This document shows positions 63,460 to 64,000 of a DNA stretch of 64,000 nt, piece by piece. The notes under the pieces are model-generated. The model saw only the letters and a program-made list of their open reading frames with translations. It was not told where the DNA came from and did not search any database. Origin of the DNA: Ostrea edulis. Taxonomy: Eukaryota. Numbering within the stretch: position 1 is the stretch's first letter; each line of letters begins with the position of its first letter. The stretch lies in NCBI RefSeq assembly GCF_947568905.1, contig NC_079169.1, positions 5,394,001-5,458,000 of the forward strand, given 5' to 3'. Both the position numbers and the translations under genes were made by a program.

Positions 63460-64000
63460 TCGATGAGCATCAATATGCAAAGTTTGGACTGATTCTCCAA
63501 GAAGATGTAAGGATCGACATTTAATCCATGAATATTTATCAGAGTGCCGTTTTCATTTCAAATTGTTTTAAAAAGTACCTTGTGTCATTTTTCATGGGTA
63601 AACAGCTCTACTAACATGAACCCTCTACCAAATTCTTGCTAGCAAACTCTCTCCTTCAATCTCCACTGCAAACTATGTTATTCACTAGTGTAGAAACCAC
63701 TACATATTACTGTAGATTCCTAAATATACGCGGAGACTTTATTGCCGCATTATTTTGCGAGATGCAGTTCATGAAATAAAATTACTCACTTTTAATTTTC
63801 TGTTGCTAAAACACATGTATATGCAAGAACTCTTGATTAACAGACAACATGCAAATTCATGTCATTTCGCGTAAAATAATTAGGAATCTGCATTACATAT
63901 TATGTTAAGTCAGAGTTATCCAAGATAGAATGCAAAACCCAAGTCAGTTTTAATAATGTTTAATATCAATGATTTAATGGCAGGATGAAAGGAAGTAAAT

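Overview
AT-rich, intron-rich animal genomic DNA, most likely an oyster or related bivalve. This is inferred from Cg170-like satellite units inside Helentron-type elements and mollusc-type (AATC)n-tailed SINEs. It is not prokaryotic and has no CRISPR. Five spliced protein-coding genes were reconstructed by hand with GT-AG junctions and consistent phases: an SDR16C-family retinol dehydrogenase (+, 6 exons, 308 aa), a claudin/PMP22-like tetraspan protein (+, 3 exons, 222 aa), EXOSC6/MTR3 (+, 9 exons, 273 aa), EBAG9/RCAS1 (-, 4 coding exons, 210 aa) and LKAAEAR1 (+, at least 6 exons, start uncertain). Introns and intergenic DNA hold minisatellites, Helentron-associated elements (HINEs), MITEs, SINEs and LINE tails, plus a 210-N gap. 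The most notable system is a family of miniature non-coding LTR retrotransposons (TRIMs) whose ~130-150 bp LTRs each embed a tRNA-like Pol III promoter, with a tRNA-His-type PBS and a PPT. This resembles the Helenus/TRIMp3 class, a tRNA analogue of Cassandra (recalled from memory, not verified). Two subfamilies occur as a complete element, solo or truncated LTRs, an alternating A/B hetero-tandem chimera, and a copy whose LTR end has been amplified into a 23 x 42 bp minisatellite. Other leads are a minimal hammerhead-like motif upstream of the EBAG9 coding exons, a 1.8 kb TIR element with a 5-bp TSD, a host splice-donor copy inside a HINE terminus, and minisatellites starting just after 5' splice sites.
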